This document shows, one piece after another, positions 11,149-24,400 of a stretch of DNA of 64,000 bases. A program made the translations under genes and the position numbers. The notes below the pieces were generated by a model. The model was not told the DNA's origin. It did not search any database and worked only from the letters and a program-made list of their open reading frames with translations. The number at the start of each line of letters is the position of its first letter. Positions within the stretch are counted from its first letter, which is position 1. The DNA comes from Dipteris shenzhenensis (taxonomy: Eukaryota): NCBI GenBank assembly GCA_047967505.1, contig CM106538.1. One strand, given 5' to 3'.

Positions 11149-14100
11149 CATAGCTAGGGCCCAGGACAACATGTCGGGTTGGACCCCCCCAAGGTATTTT
11201 ATTTCTTCAAGAGAGAATTTGTTACAAGAGTTCAGCATAGAGCTGCCTGATACATGATCCGACGTGAATCCATATTACAAGGGCTTCAAGCTCATTTCAA
11301 ATCGGCAACATGCCACTTGTCTAAAATCTAGACTAAGTCGTATTACATGCCACTAAGGGCAACTCTGGAGTCTTTGAAGCACTTGGTCACGCGAACCGCC
11401 TCCTAGATACTTGTTAGGCTCTCGTAGCGCTTAGGAAAATAACTCTTCCTAGTATCTGCAACAATTAATTAAAGCGCACCACCATGGCATCCATTAATTG
11501 TTAGCGCTTTGCACGCAAATAACACACTGTGGACTAATTCTAGTCACGGTGGGCGTCCCCACTGAATACATGTGCACACATAACAAATATAAAAATATAT
11601 ATTTATTCTCTGGTTGATCGGAGTCAACACTCTTGATCATAATTAAGGAGCTTTGACCAAGGGTCGAGGCGCCTTAATTATAGCCAAGTCTCTCCAACCG
11701 AAGTTGGCACAACTCTCCAACCGAAGTTGGCACATCTTGGTTAATCGTGGTTAATCCTCTTGGCGCATGCCAAGTCTCGTTGACCGAAGTCAACATTCTC
11801 TGACCATAGTCAGCTCTGTAGTTCTCTGGTTAACCGCAGTTAACCCTCTTCGTAATAAACCAAGTCTCCCCGATCGAAGTGAGGTTTACTTGACTAGAGT
11901 CAAGTATCTTTGACCGTAGTCAATCCTTTGACCATTAAAAGAACTCTTTGATCATAATTAACACATATAAAACTCTTTAATTATGATCAAATAAATGGTC
12001 AACTGTACTTTGACTTGGGATATTTACATTGTGGTGACATCCCCTCGGCTTCTATTCAGTTGACCTCAACTGAAAAGCTTCCTTGTAAACATCCAAAAGT
12101 TGTGGATGATCGGATAACATGTCTTCGTCCATCCACTTGGCATCTAATGTCGTATAATTCTTAAATTTTACAAGATACCTGTAAAACTCCTTGCCCTGAG
12201 GGCCTTTGCGTACAGTATGGTACACAATTTGCTATGGCTGAAGGACCTTCTCCAGCTCATCCACTTCTGGTGGATCCTCTGATACTAGCTCTCTAGGCTC
12301 TGGCCCCTGGAATTTCTTTAGAAGACTCACATGGAATGCATTGTGAATCCTCCAATGCTCTGGCAATGATAACCTGTATGCAACCTCATTTATTCTTTCT
12401 GTAACCTTGAAAGGGCCATAGTATCTGGGAGATAACTTTGCATACACTTTCTGTTTGCCTTTAAACTTGCGGAGCCTAGCTTTTTCAAACTTCAAAAGTA
12501 CCCAATCCCCTTCCTTGAGATCTAACTGTCTTCTATGCTTATTTGCAGCTCTTTTATGCTTCTCTTGAGACCTTTCAATTGCTGTCCGGACTTGGCTGTA
12601 AGCTGTCTGGAGGTCTCTCACAAACTGATCAGCTGCAAATATTTCATTCTTGGTCCTCAGGATAGGTGGCAAAATCACCTTCCCATAAATGACCTCAAAG
12701 GGGGCTTTCCCTGTAGAGCTGTGTACTGTATTATTGTAAGCAAACTCTACCAATGGCAGGTACTTTTCCTAGTCTGAACCTTGGTCACCCACGTAGCATT
12801 TCAGCATGTCCAATGCTGTAGAATTTGCTACTTCACTTTGACCATCTGTCTGGGGATGGAAAGAAGAAGAAAAATTCAGATTCGTCCCCATGTTATCAAA
12901 TATAGCTCTCCAGAATAGACTGGTCATTCTGGGATCTCGATCACTGACAATGGACTTAGGCATACCATGGTGCTTAAAGATCTATGCCATGAGAAGCTTA
13001 GCCATATGATCTGCCTTTATGGTTTTGCGAACCGGAATGAAATGAGCTTGCTTGCTAAATCTATCAATGATAGTCCAAATCCCATCATTCCCTGACTTTG
13101 ATCTTGGCAAATCAAAAATAAAGTCCATTGTAATACTTTCCCATGGTGCCTGAGGCACGGGAAGAGGCATAAGTAGGCCACGTGCCTTCTGTCTATCATA
13201 CTTCACTTTCTGACACATAAGGCATTCAGTAACAAACTGATGTATATCTTTCCGCATCCCTGGCCAAAAGAAATACCTCTCTAGTGCTAGAGTTGCTATA
13301 ATTCCTCTGTGTCCAGCATAGGGAGGTGCATGGCATTCCTCCAAAATCTTTTTCCTCATCTCTTGAGTGATGCGTAGGCAATCATCTTTCATTAGATACC
13401 CATCTTTCAGGGAATAGTGACTGGTAGATTGGCCCTCCTGCATTTGCTGTAAAATCTCACCAAAATCTGCATCATTAGCATATTGTTCCCTCATGCCTTC
13501 CAGGTCCTGATGATAAGCAATAGTCACATTATCGACCCGGGGTCTTCGGGACAAGGCATCTGCCACTCTGTTCCAAATTCCTGGGGTATGGAAAATCTGA
13601 AAATGATACATTGACAGCATGTTTGCCCATTTCATATGCTTCTCGGAAAGCTTGGTCTGAGTCAAAAAGTATCTCAGACTTTGGTGATCTGTTTTAACAG
13701 TAAAATCTGCACCCAAAAGATAATGCTTCCATGTATGGATGGCATGAATTATAGCCACTAACTCTTTCTCATAGATTCCCAGATATCTTTCAGCATCACG
13801 CAATCTTCGGCTCTCGTAGGCTACTACATGTTCATTCTGATGTAATGCATCCCCAACACACTCTCCACAAGCATCGCAATCAACATCAAAAGGTTGATAG
13901 AGATCCGGGACTACAAGAATAGGCTCTGTAGTCAACTTCTCCTTCAGTGTATTGAATGCTTTCTTCTGTAATTCCCCATGTGAAGGCTGCATTTTTCTTA
14001 GTAAGGTCATGTAATGGAGCTGCGATATGAGCAAAATGCCTGATAAATCTCATATAATGGGAGCAAAGTCCCAAAAAACTACGGACTTCATGCACAGTTT

Positions 14101-14257
14101 TCAACTCAGGCCATTCTTGGATGGCTCGGATCTTTGCAGGATCCATCTGTATCCCATTCTTGGATATTATATGCCCCAGATAATGGATCTCTTCCAAGAA
14201 GAATTCACTTTTCTTGCTATTGGCAAAAGTTGATGATTTCGAAGTTCTTGAAATACC

Positions 14258-14919
14258 CATTAGAAAAAAAGGGAGCTCATTTTGGGGCCTTTTAGAAGAG
14301 AGAGAAAATAGGCTCTCAACCAATCAGGAGTGGGCCAACGTAACGTTGAAAATTCAACAAAAGAAGATGAAAATAAGAAAAAGAAATAGTACTGTATGTT
14401 CGTAGAAGCATGTCACATTAATGAGGTGATCTAATTTGAATCTTTAAAAAATTTATTTTCTGTGCAGAATTTGGTGATTTTGACACCGTAAACGCGTCCG
14501 GAACGGCCCAAAACCCCAAGAATGGCACTGGAAACGCTGGAATCGGACATCCGGAGGCCCAAAAACGGCCAAAAAACGAGAAAGGTACCAAATCGCGTTT
14601 ATTAGCAAATCTCACTTTTCGGCGTTTTTTGGCCGTTTTCGAGCCTCCGGATGTCCGATTCCAGCGTTTCCAATGTCGTACTTGGGGTTTCGGGCTGTTT
14701 CGGACGCGTCTGCGGTGTCAGAATCACCAAATTCTACACAAAAAAGTGTTGCTCTTATATGAACATTGAATGTAAAGCATGTGAAAGAATATATTTATTC
14801 CTTTTCACACTGACATTTCTCACGCAAGTATCCATATTTTCTTGCTTTTGTAGAGAGAGAAAAGAGGAAATTGTGAATTTCTTACAGGGCCCCAAAATGA
14901 GCTTCCATTTTTCCTAATG
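14258..14919. mobile_element. Non-autonomous TIR element (662 bp) with CATTAG termini and internal hairpin, no TSD
   Basis: Left CATTAGAAAAAAAGGGAGCTCATTTTGGGGCC; right end reverse-complemented CATTAGGAAAAATGGAAGCTCATTTTGGGGCC; removing it restores the RT frame HLAL-VFQELRNHQL. Confidence 0.9.
14461..14740. repeat. Long inverted repeat (arms ~115 bp)
   Basis: GAATTTGGTGATT...GGAAACGCTGGAATCGGACATCCGGAGGC versus GCCTCCGGATGTCCGATTCCAGCGTTTCC...AATCACCAAATTC. Confidence 0.9.
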
Positions 14920-16511
14920 AAAGCAAGATGTTCCCTGTGCTCTTCTTCTGTCTTTGAAAAGACTAGGATATCATCAAAGAAAGTACCCGTGAAGTGCCTG
15001 TACTTTCGGAAGATGCGATCCATCATTCTATTGAATGTGGCTAGAGCATTTGTCAACCCAAAAGGCATCACTAAGTATTCATACAACCCAAACGTAGTGC
15101 GAAAAGCTATCTTATGCACATCTTTTGGTTGTATCTTGACTTGATGATAGCCACTCTTCAAGTCTATCCTACTAAAAACTGAAGCTCCATTTATCTGATC
15201 CAGTACATCATCAATGCGTGGAATAGGGAATCTATTCTTGATGGTCATTTTGTTCAGTGTGCGGTAATCGATGCACATACAGAATGAGCCATCTTTCTTT
15301 TGTACTAGCAGTACAGGGGAACAAAAAGGAGACGAGCTGGGCTGAATCAACCCTTTCAACAGCAAGTCCTGTACCTGAGCCATAATCTCCTCTCTCTGAG
15401 TCACACTGACTATATGGGGGCCTATTGGGTGGCTCGCTTTCAGGAGTGAGTTCTATGCCATGATCCTCAGGTCTCTCAAGGGGTAGCTCCCCTGGCAAAG
15501 CATCGGAAAAGCAATCTTTAAAGTTTACAAGAAACTGAAACTTATCTTTGTCTGCATCATTCATTTCAGCATGCATATCATTCTCTTTTTCTTTTACAAA
15601 AACCATGCACGTGGAAATTGTAGACTTTATTGCTTTACCACATGTAACATCAGATACAATGGGTCTAGTCTCCCCTTTATTCCTGCCCAAATGTGCATCA
15701 GTACATTTGGCTCCCCAAATGTGCCAAGACTCTTTCAGGAAGAGTCAACTTCACTGCCTTGCGATGAAACCAAGGCATTGCCAAGACTACATCATGATCT
15801 TTGAGTGGAGAAATGAAGAAGTCTTCCTGATCCACATAACTCTGTACATGAGGATGGAGCTTCCCTATCAAGGGAGTGACTGGCATAGGATTCCCACAGA
15901 ACATCTGATCGGCATCCAAAGCCGTGCCCAACTCCTCCGTCTTTATTCCCAGCCTCAGGGCTAGGTCCTTTGATATGAAATTATCAGTAGCCCCTAGATC
16001 AAATAAAATTAGTGCTTGCTGGTCTCTGACTTTGCCCCATGATAGCAGCAATTCTCGTTCTTTTGGGTTTGAAACATGACCCAGTATGTTAGGAATTCCT
16101 CGTGCCATTGGCTTTTGCGGTCCCCATGGCTTCTCTGCCTCTTTTCCCTTCGAAATTGAAGGCTTTTCTGGGCAGTGGGCAGCCACATGCCCCTCTTTGC
16201 CACACTTGAAGCATTTCCCATCTCTACGGAATTCAGCTATCTGTTCAAGGGTGAATGGAGATTTGCCTTTATATGACTTTGAAAACTAAGTACCCCTCGG
16301 CTTCTGAGGCTGAAACCCTTTCTTTTCAACCTTGGGGTACTCTTTCTTTTCTGATTTTGAAAAATCTGTTTTCTTTCTTTTAGCACATCCTGCATGCAAG
16401 GATAGTACTGTAGATGGATCTGGTAACGGCACAAGCATAGTTTTTTTAAAACCATGTGGATGCAAAAATCTCATAGCTCAAATGGTAAGTTTTTTTTCAA
16501 AAACCATGTGG

Positions 16512-16557
<46 letters not shown>

Positions 16558-19500
16558 CCCTTCCCCCCAATGAAGCCTTACATCTCCAAGATTTCAAAAG
16601 TGTATGTGCTTGCCCTCGTTCTTCAACTTCATAATACCTTGAGAACAAAGAATACCTAAACTTCCCTCTCAAACTTCTTCAATTTGCCATCTTTGTAATT
16701 TGGGTGCTTTGCAAACTCTTTGATTAGTCATCTTTGCCAAAAGGGTTTTCCTTTGCACAACCTTCGACCTCTCGAGCTCTCTAGCTAGGGCGGTCTTCCC
16801 ATCTTCCATACCTTTAATCTCAAGGCTATCGCATCCTGTTCCTCTACTTGGGTCTCCATTAGCATATGCTACCATTGGGCAAGCAAATTCTCAAATTGGC
16901 AAGCTAATACGGAGAGATCGTCACACACGACTATCCCAGTTTGATTAAAAAATTTGATAACCCATTACTAGCGTCGCTTGTTAGAACCTCAAGGAGATTT
17001 GTCAAACTTGTAAAAGGCACACAAGCAAAAGCATGTGATATTTGCATTGATGTGTGTGGCAAAGAGCGTCACCATGGGGATGTCCCTATTAACGCATAAA
17101 GATGGTATTTTGGCACTTTGTGAAAGACTTGTTGATTTCTCCTCACATAGTGACGAACATGTGAGGCCTCAATGAATGTTTCAATAACATAAGAGATGCT
17201 CTCGGATGCATTGATGGAAGCAGGAGAGAAAATGGAGAGCAATTGCAAAGGATTCATTATGAATGCAACATTTTTTTAGGGGATTCAGTTGAACATGATG
17301 GCATGGAGCTTGGTTCCAGGTCAGCAAGCATAGTTAGAAATCTTAATCAAATTGAACCCATGGCTTTAAGGCAAGAGTGCATGGACAAAAAAGGCACATT
17401 TCAAGGGGCATAGCCATAGGACACAAATTTTGCAATGTCACCACCTTGCAAACCAACCTTGCCCAATGTAACTGCTTTTCGAAATAGTGAAGACACTTTT
17501 AAGTAATGTTTGTAAAGTGGTTTTTTATTCATATTTTGGACTCGATGTCACGCCTTATGGGAATAAGTTTCATCTTATTTGATTGTTATGAGCCATGCAA
17601 GCAAGAAGGCTTTGCCCACTTTGTCAGGTTCAGTTTCTAGCCTCTTTGTATATGGTTTTCAAGATTGGTAATTTGATGCCCCCATACCTTTAGGCTCTTG
17701 TAATTTGCAAACTCTTGTATCTTGCATTCGCCATCTATTTGAATATATGACATCTGCATATTTTTTGGGTTATTAAGCTTGGTTGTTGCAGGGTCAACAA
17801 GCATAGTCTGCATAACGTGTTCCAAGTCCTTAATATTGAAATGTTTGCATAACATATGCATACTTGACTTTTAAAATACTATTTTCAACTTACATATAAT
17901 TGTGCAACAAATAAACACATTGAAGCAATCCATAGAATGTGAACTAACAAGAAAACATATCAAAGAAACCCATTAAAGATTTTGCAAGGTATTCAAATCT
18001 AGACATTTGTATGAATGGCTCCTCCTACACTTTTAAGAATAAGTTATTTTGGTCACATAAGATGTGCTTACTCATTCTTGTGAGTGATCCTGTGTACTCT
18101 TCTCTGCAAATGTTACATCTCCACTTTGACCAACGAACATCATAACTAAATCGTATGCATTTGCAGGATTTAGACCTTGTCCATGAGCCTCATCCTAGGA
18201 TTCTAGATGTGCTATTCTGGTATCCATCATAGCTTGAGGTTCTTGACAAGATAGTATATCTCCCACCAAGGGAGTCTACATTTTGCACGGGTGGCTCCTC
18301 TCAGAATCGTTGTAACTTTTCGGCTCTTGGTAACTTCCACTTTTGGAATAGATTTTGTTGATTGCCTAAGAAGTGCTTACTGATTCTTATGACTGGTCCC
18401 ATGTACCCTTCTCTATAAACTTTGCATCTCTACTTTTAACCGACTAATTGTAACATAATCGTATGCTTTTGCAGGATTTTGACCTCATTTCTCTAGAGAA
18501 ATGATTTCTATCAAGGTGGAAAGGGAAAAATAAACCATTTTACTCCCACATGTGTATTTCTTGTTTCCATACTTAAAGGCTATAGCTTCTTAAACAAAAT
18601 GTCCAAAAGCATAGACTCATATCAACACAAACTCTCCAAATAGAATTAGTATATCTCACAAATATAAGGCATGATTCCAATCCAAAAACAATGCAAAAAC
18701 AACCTCTTGGAAATCTTCATACCTCACATAATCCCCTTCACATTCATTGCCTTGCTATTGTGGCTGACTCTTACCCTTCTACTCTAGATATTGGAATAAC
18801 TTTGACCAATTCAGCAACCATGCTCATGACTCAGTTGTGGTCCACCTTACCCCAACATGCTAAGTTTAGCAGTTATGAACGACAATCTTGCTAGTTGAGG
18901 AGAACTTGTGGGTCTCACAAAGATTTGTATACGCAAAAAATAGGCAGGACAACTAGTCCAAAAAACCATTGGTACATGTCCTTGCACCATCCTATTACTA
19001 TCTACACTAGCAGTTTCTATACATGTACTATTGGTTTTAATAAAAATTCCATTGGTATATGGACTTTTACTACTAGTATCATGGATATTACTATAAGGAT
19101 AATGTGTGTTACCACCGATATATTGAGAGTAACCATTTGTAGGAGTTAATGATGCATGTGATATGTTGATCCCAGTGATTTGCATGTCATCTTCATGATT
19201 TCCCTCAGTCATGCCTTGATTTGAATTAGTTCGTTGCCATGGAAGCCTCTCTTGCAAATAGGGTATGAGCACTAAAATTGAATGGGTTGCTACTTGGTAA
19301 GGATTTACTTGGCTCTCATTGAAGAGCTTGGGTATCACTTGGCCCTTCAAATTGTCCAATTACATTGTTCCATTCTTGAAAACTTCAATGAGCTTGTAGA
19401 GGTCATTCCAAAACTGATTTTGAGAATGGGTTTGAGAGGATCCAGTTTAGCGTTGTATAATAGAGCAACCCTTTCTTCAAATTCTTGGAAATAATATGCA

Positions 19501-19739
19501 TATCATGAGAAGCTTACCTTTTGCATTGTATGACCTATTGTGACCAAGCTACTCAGGTTCATAGTTGATCCAACTGTCGAGTTATTGCAGTCATTTCTTG
19601 ATTGCTTCTAGCTCACTAAGCTAATGCTTAATGGTTAGTCAAAGACTAAAACTAGGAACTCCATAGGAACCACAAAAACTAGAATCCAAACCAAGTTCCA
19701 TCTAAATTAGAGTCAAATTTATAGTCACCTTGTATTATT

Positions 19740-21240
19740 TATGATATGCCCATAATATAGCATGCAACTTGGTATCTCAATCTCTGCAATGTGTACTGGC
19801 CGTCTTGGTGAGAACAGACTTGAGTACCTTCTTAGTTGACTCAGCTTAGCCATTGTACCAAGGATATTAAGTGGTTTCCATTGGATATATAACCATGAGC
19901 TCGGTTGTCAGATATGTGAAGACCTCATTCATGAAATGTGTTCCTTGGTCATCACTTACAAACTCAATGGGACAACCATACGTACAAATAACAAATTCAT
20001 AGATGAACTTGTCACACACCGAGCCAAGTTGTATGTTAGTGTTTTTTCTTCTATCCACTTGGTTGCATACCCTATAGCAACTATAACATATTTATTCTAT
20101 GTGTATAGAGCCATATTTTTAAATGTGCCAATATAATGCAAGCCCCATTTTTGGAAATTTCCCAAGGCTAACTTGATTGAGGGAACATATGATGCTATGG
20201 CCAAAAATGACATGTCCTTTGGCATACATTACATTCCACACAATGTGCATGAGCATATCAACAGAGAGTAATCCCCACGAACCTACTTGCAAAACTTTCT
20301 AAGCTATAAGTTCTTTGTTGAAGTGTGCTCTAGCAATCTTGGTGTATGCATCATTTAGTACAACTTCTCATTTGTAAGGTAGTAAGCCAATAACGGAGGA
20401 CCATATCTAGTATCTACTCATGGAGATAAAATTTTTCCTCCAATTAAGCTACGCTTCGAAGATTTGAAAGCCCATTCGCTTCACTTGTCTTGGGGAATAT
20501 GCTCAGGAAATGTTGCCTATGATAAATATTGGAGCATTTCATCATACTCAATTTTAGACAAATTAACATCAAATAATTGATCATCTAGGAGCTTGATTGT
20601 GATTCCTTAAGCCCTTTGTGGGGCATGTAGTTGTGAGAAATAGTTTGTACTTGCATGTGACTTCTCAGGTTTATGAAATGATTTTAAAGCTGAATTCCTA
20701 CATCCAATATACTAGTCATCCTTGGATGACTATTTTGTTAATTAAATACAATAAAGCCTAATGATCAATATAAAATATAAAAGTATTACCAAGAAAATAG
20801 TGTTAAAACATAAACCATCCGAAGATCTCCACGCTTGGTAGTGATGTAATTGCACTTGTGTGTTGTCATAAACTAGCTAGCATAATATTAAACCAAGTAA
20901 TTTAGTCTATCCTCTAGCTCTGCCAAAAGAATGCTGATGGCATACTCTAATGTGTCCGCATGAACCAGGGAGATCACATCCCACCTAGGTTGCCTTCTTA
21001 GAACTAGTTTCTTGGTTCCTTTTTCTGAGCATGAAGAGTCATTAACAACTCCTCAATCCACAAAAACCCAGTTTCCTTTTTAGGAAGCTCATAAAGAGGA
21101 CACTACAATCTAGGCAAAATCTTTTACAAATATCTTATGAAACCTATTGAACGCAACAAGTGATTTGAGTTGTTTAGGTTCTTGAGCTCTGTCATCTTCT
21201 CAATTTCTTAGATATTTCTTGAATTAGTCCTAATACCTTC
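19740..21240 (-). pseudogene. Old degenerate Ty3/gypsy pol (RT end, RNase H, integrase)
   Basis: YGCPIEFVSDDQGTHFMNEV integrase motif; HYFLGNTFIFYIDH.ALLYLINK RNase H motif; many stops. Confidence 0.7.
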
Positions 21241-21309
21241 CTTGACCAAGCAATATACCAATCCTCACACTTGGTCAGGCTCAAAGAGATTCTTGCCTGC
21301 CTACACCTG

Positions 21310-21435
21310 GCAAAATCTTTGTCAAAGGCAAGAAAAATCTTTGTCAAAGGCAAGAAAAATCTTTGTCAAAAGAGATTCTTGCTTGCCTACACCCTCCCTA
21401 CACCTAGCAAAATCTTTGTCAAAGGCAAGAAAAAT
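21310..21435. repeat. Short tandem repeats AAAATCTTTGTCAAAGGCAAG
   Basis: Four copies seen, three of them adjacent. Confidence 0.8.
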
Positions 21436-24400
21436 GTATAGATATTGTCGAGTATACATCAAAATCATCTAAATAAATAGCAATGAGATCAGTTACGTCT
21501 GGCCTTTGGTCTACCACCACATCATTGCACAAGATTCGGGGTCACTAGGAGGTCACTAGGTTGGTTTGATGTCTTTCACCATTGGAACCTCATCCCAACT
21601 CCACATCTCTTGCATGTACAACTCACAGTCAAAAAGTCATCATGATTGGGGCTTGATATCCAGTGAGTATAATGGACTAATGTGCCCATGGCTTAAACAT
21701 GGACTCCTTGCCTTGCTTGTGCAGATATTTATTTGCTTTTTCTCATCAATCGAAGGCATGCCTCGCCTTTGGACTTGATGCATGCCCAATTGGTCGATGA
21801 CAATGCTTGTGGCTTGACACATAGATCGTTCCATAGATGGTCTTTGAATCTTGGTTCTCCATGGAAAAATGCACAGAATCTTCATGCCACCACCTCAAGG
21901 GGACCTTCCATAGTTAGCTCCTCATGATGCCTCGGGTACAAGATATGGATTGGTTCCTTTTGGTCTTGATGTAGTCATCAAATGCTATCTCATGATGTGT
22001 ATAGCTTGTTCTTCTCAATCCTCATGCTCTCCACTATCAGGGGACATTGGTTACTTATGCTCTGTGGAGGACATCGAGACACTCTTGTCAACTTACTATA
22101 AGACTCATATACTGGTTGACAACAATTAACTAATTTTGCAAGCCCTTGATGATACTTCTCTCACCATTTGTGAAGATGCAAGCGATTGACATTCTCGAGA
22201 GAAGTTGAATAAGAATTTTGCCGAGAGGACATGGAGAACTCAACCTTGATTGAGCTATTTAACAATAACTTTTTTTGAGATAACAGTAAGAGTACACATC
22301 ATTTGCGGCACACTTGGGGAACATTCATGATCAAGTACATAATGTATAATCATGTTCTACATGGCAAGTCTATAGCTCTGTCAGTGATGGCCAGTGTTGT
22401 AGTGCTACACTTGAGCCATCTCATGACTGTAATCCATCATCAATTTGCCCTTAAAAAGAAGAACGACATGTTTTGTCGTGGTATGCTCACCAAATTAGAT
22501 GACTTCTACTCTGCATTGGTCACCATAGATAGTATCATTATTGAAGAGATATCTATGATGACGTGCCAAAATGATGAATCTACTAGTCTGATCGATATGT
22601 GAGGTCTATGATAGCAATACCCTACATCCATTCTATTCCAAGAGGGTAATCCTTTTTGGTGGAGACATGCAGTAGCTCCCAGTGATATACAAGTGTAAAG
22701 TTGCTTTGAAAGACTATTATCATAGATGCAAACATTAGCAACTCATGCTTATGAAAAATCATGTGTGTTCCACTACATGCAAACCTCGTGGCATCTAAGT
22801 GGTCCATAGTTCCACAGCTTCTTGAACATCATCTACACAATGACACCAACAAAAGATTAAAGATCCAACAATATCTCTGCAGCATGATAAACATAGATGA
22901 GGATGTATAGAAATTAATTAACACAGAGACCTCTATTCTATGCATACATAGGGAGAACATGCAATGATATAAGCAATCATCTACTAAGATCACAATTCTC
23001 AACCTTTGATTTTGTGCCGATCCAAATCATATCAAATGTCAAGAACCTTCAAGAATTACAAGATTGTATCATGGACCTAGATTTGCATGAGGTTTAACAC
23101 ATGGCGATTGGTGCTAGAACCATACTAACAGAGAACATCAACTTGACGATATGAGCTACCAATGGAGCAGTAGAAACTAATCATAGCCTAGAGTGGCATG
23201 AAAAAACAAGCATAGTGACAAAGATTCATGCCATCATCTCCTCAACATGCGAGCCTATTGCACTCAGACGCTCAAAGCACATGCAAAGTTCTTGATTCAC
23301 AGGACTTGGTACCACAAGACGACATTTCTAGTCATTCTTACACATGCCATGACTGCACACAAGTAACAAGACTCAACACCACAAGGCAAGGCATCAATTG
23401 TGATACATCAATCATTTGCACTAGGATTGACATACATCATACTCTCTTAATTAACAAGTCGACAAAATATTCGTATCTTGCATCATAGAAAATCAATCGA
23501 CTTCATGCCCATGCCTTAGCCACAATATACTTGAAAATAGTACTAACCATAACTCAATCATTGATTGTACTTCACACCCCCTACCTCCGAATAAGAACAA
23601 ATAGATCATGCAATCTTAATATGGTAATTTTGATGGCTAGATAGCTACTTAATCATTTTAGGGAATGATTTTCAAAATAGGTTCTAAAATTAATTGAAAA
23701 CGACAAATTAATTCATTGGATAAAGCTCACATATTCATAATATAGCTCATTCGCTTTGCTTTAGCACGTATGAAAAAGGTGTCTCTCTTCATGTAGATGG
23801 CCAGCACAAAAGATGTATGCCTTCATGCATTAGTATTTTTTCTAATCTTTGATGTAATTGATATTATTATACGATATCCTTCATAAATTTCTTTTAATTT
23901 GTAGCTCTTCGAACAATTCAAGCTAAAAGCAATAGAAAAAAATAGTCAAAGAAGCGTGTGCTTTAAAGGAGCAAAAGAGAGCGACCAAAGTTTTTTTCAA
24001 CGAAAAACAAATAAGAAGAGCCAACATATTGGGAATACTACCAAAGGAATATATCTATGGATTTAATTCATACGTGCAATATCATCCCTTCATGGCTAGG
24101 GAAAGAAATATCTTGGAAGAGAGGCCAAAAGGAAGCAATAACCTTGCAGATGGCTTGAGTCTTGACAAAGCAGATTGTACAAACACTATCCAATGGAGAT
24201 GAGGCAACAAACATTGAGTTGTTAACTAATACGAAAGCATAAGCAACACTTGATAAATACACCAAGGGGATATTAACTATCTCCTGCATAACAATGCTAC
24301 ACTTTGGATTCATTGTCAATCTCGAAGAGCTTGCCGAAGTAGACAAGCGAGTAGTTGACAACATAACACATCAATTCAAAGACACTACAATTTGCAGTAG

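Larger units (their letters stand above)
10920..16385 (-). mobile_element. Ty3/gypsy chromovirus, 5'-truncated (gag zinc knuckle, PR, RT, RH, INT, chromodomain, 3' LTR); left boundary approximate
   Basis: CFKCGKEGHVAAHC knuckle; ILFDLGATDNFIS protease; [10 protein letters not shown]; RNase H DVDCDACG/EKELVAIIHAI; integrase H..PYAGH, C..C, ITMDFI, IVSDRDP, QTDGQSE, GPF; chromodomain YRYLVKFKNYTTLDAKW; PPT GAGGGGA followed by TGTCACC at 12039. Confidence 0.93.
12050..16385 (-). pseudogene. gag-pol polyprotein with stops and frameshifts, split by an insertion at 14258-14919
   Basis: ORFs 15698-16186, 15232-15690, 14820-15404, 13886-14323, 12982-14034, 12769-12963, 12232-12753. Confidence 0.92.

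Noticed and set aside
16670-19560. Possible decayed TE coding fragments and a ~300-bp-period duplication near 18060-18485
   Set aside because: No diagnostic motif or boundary could be established by eye.
21540-22810. Possible copia gag remnant on the minus strand
   Set aside because: Motifs too degraded to support a call.
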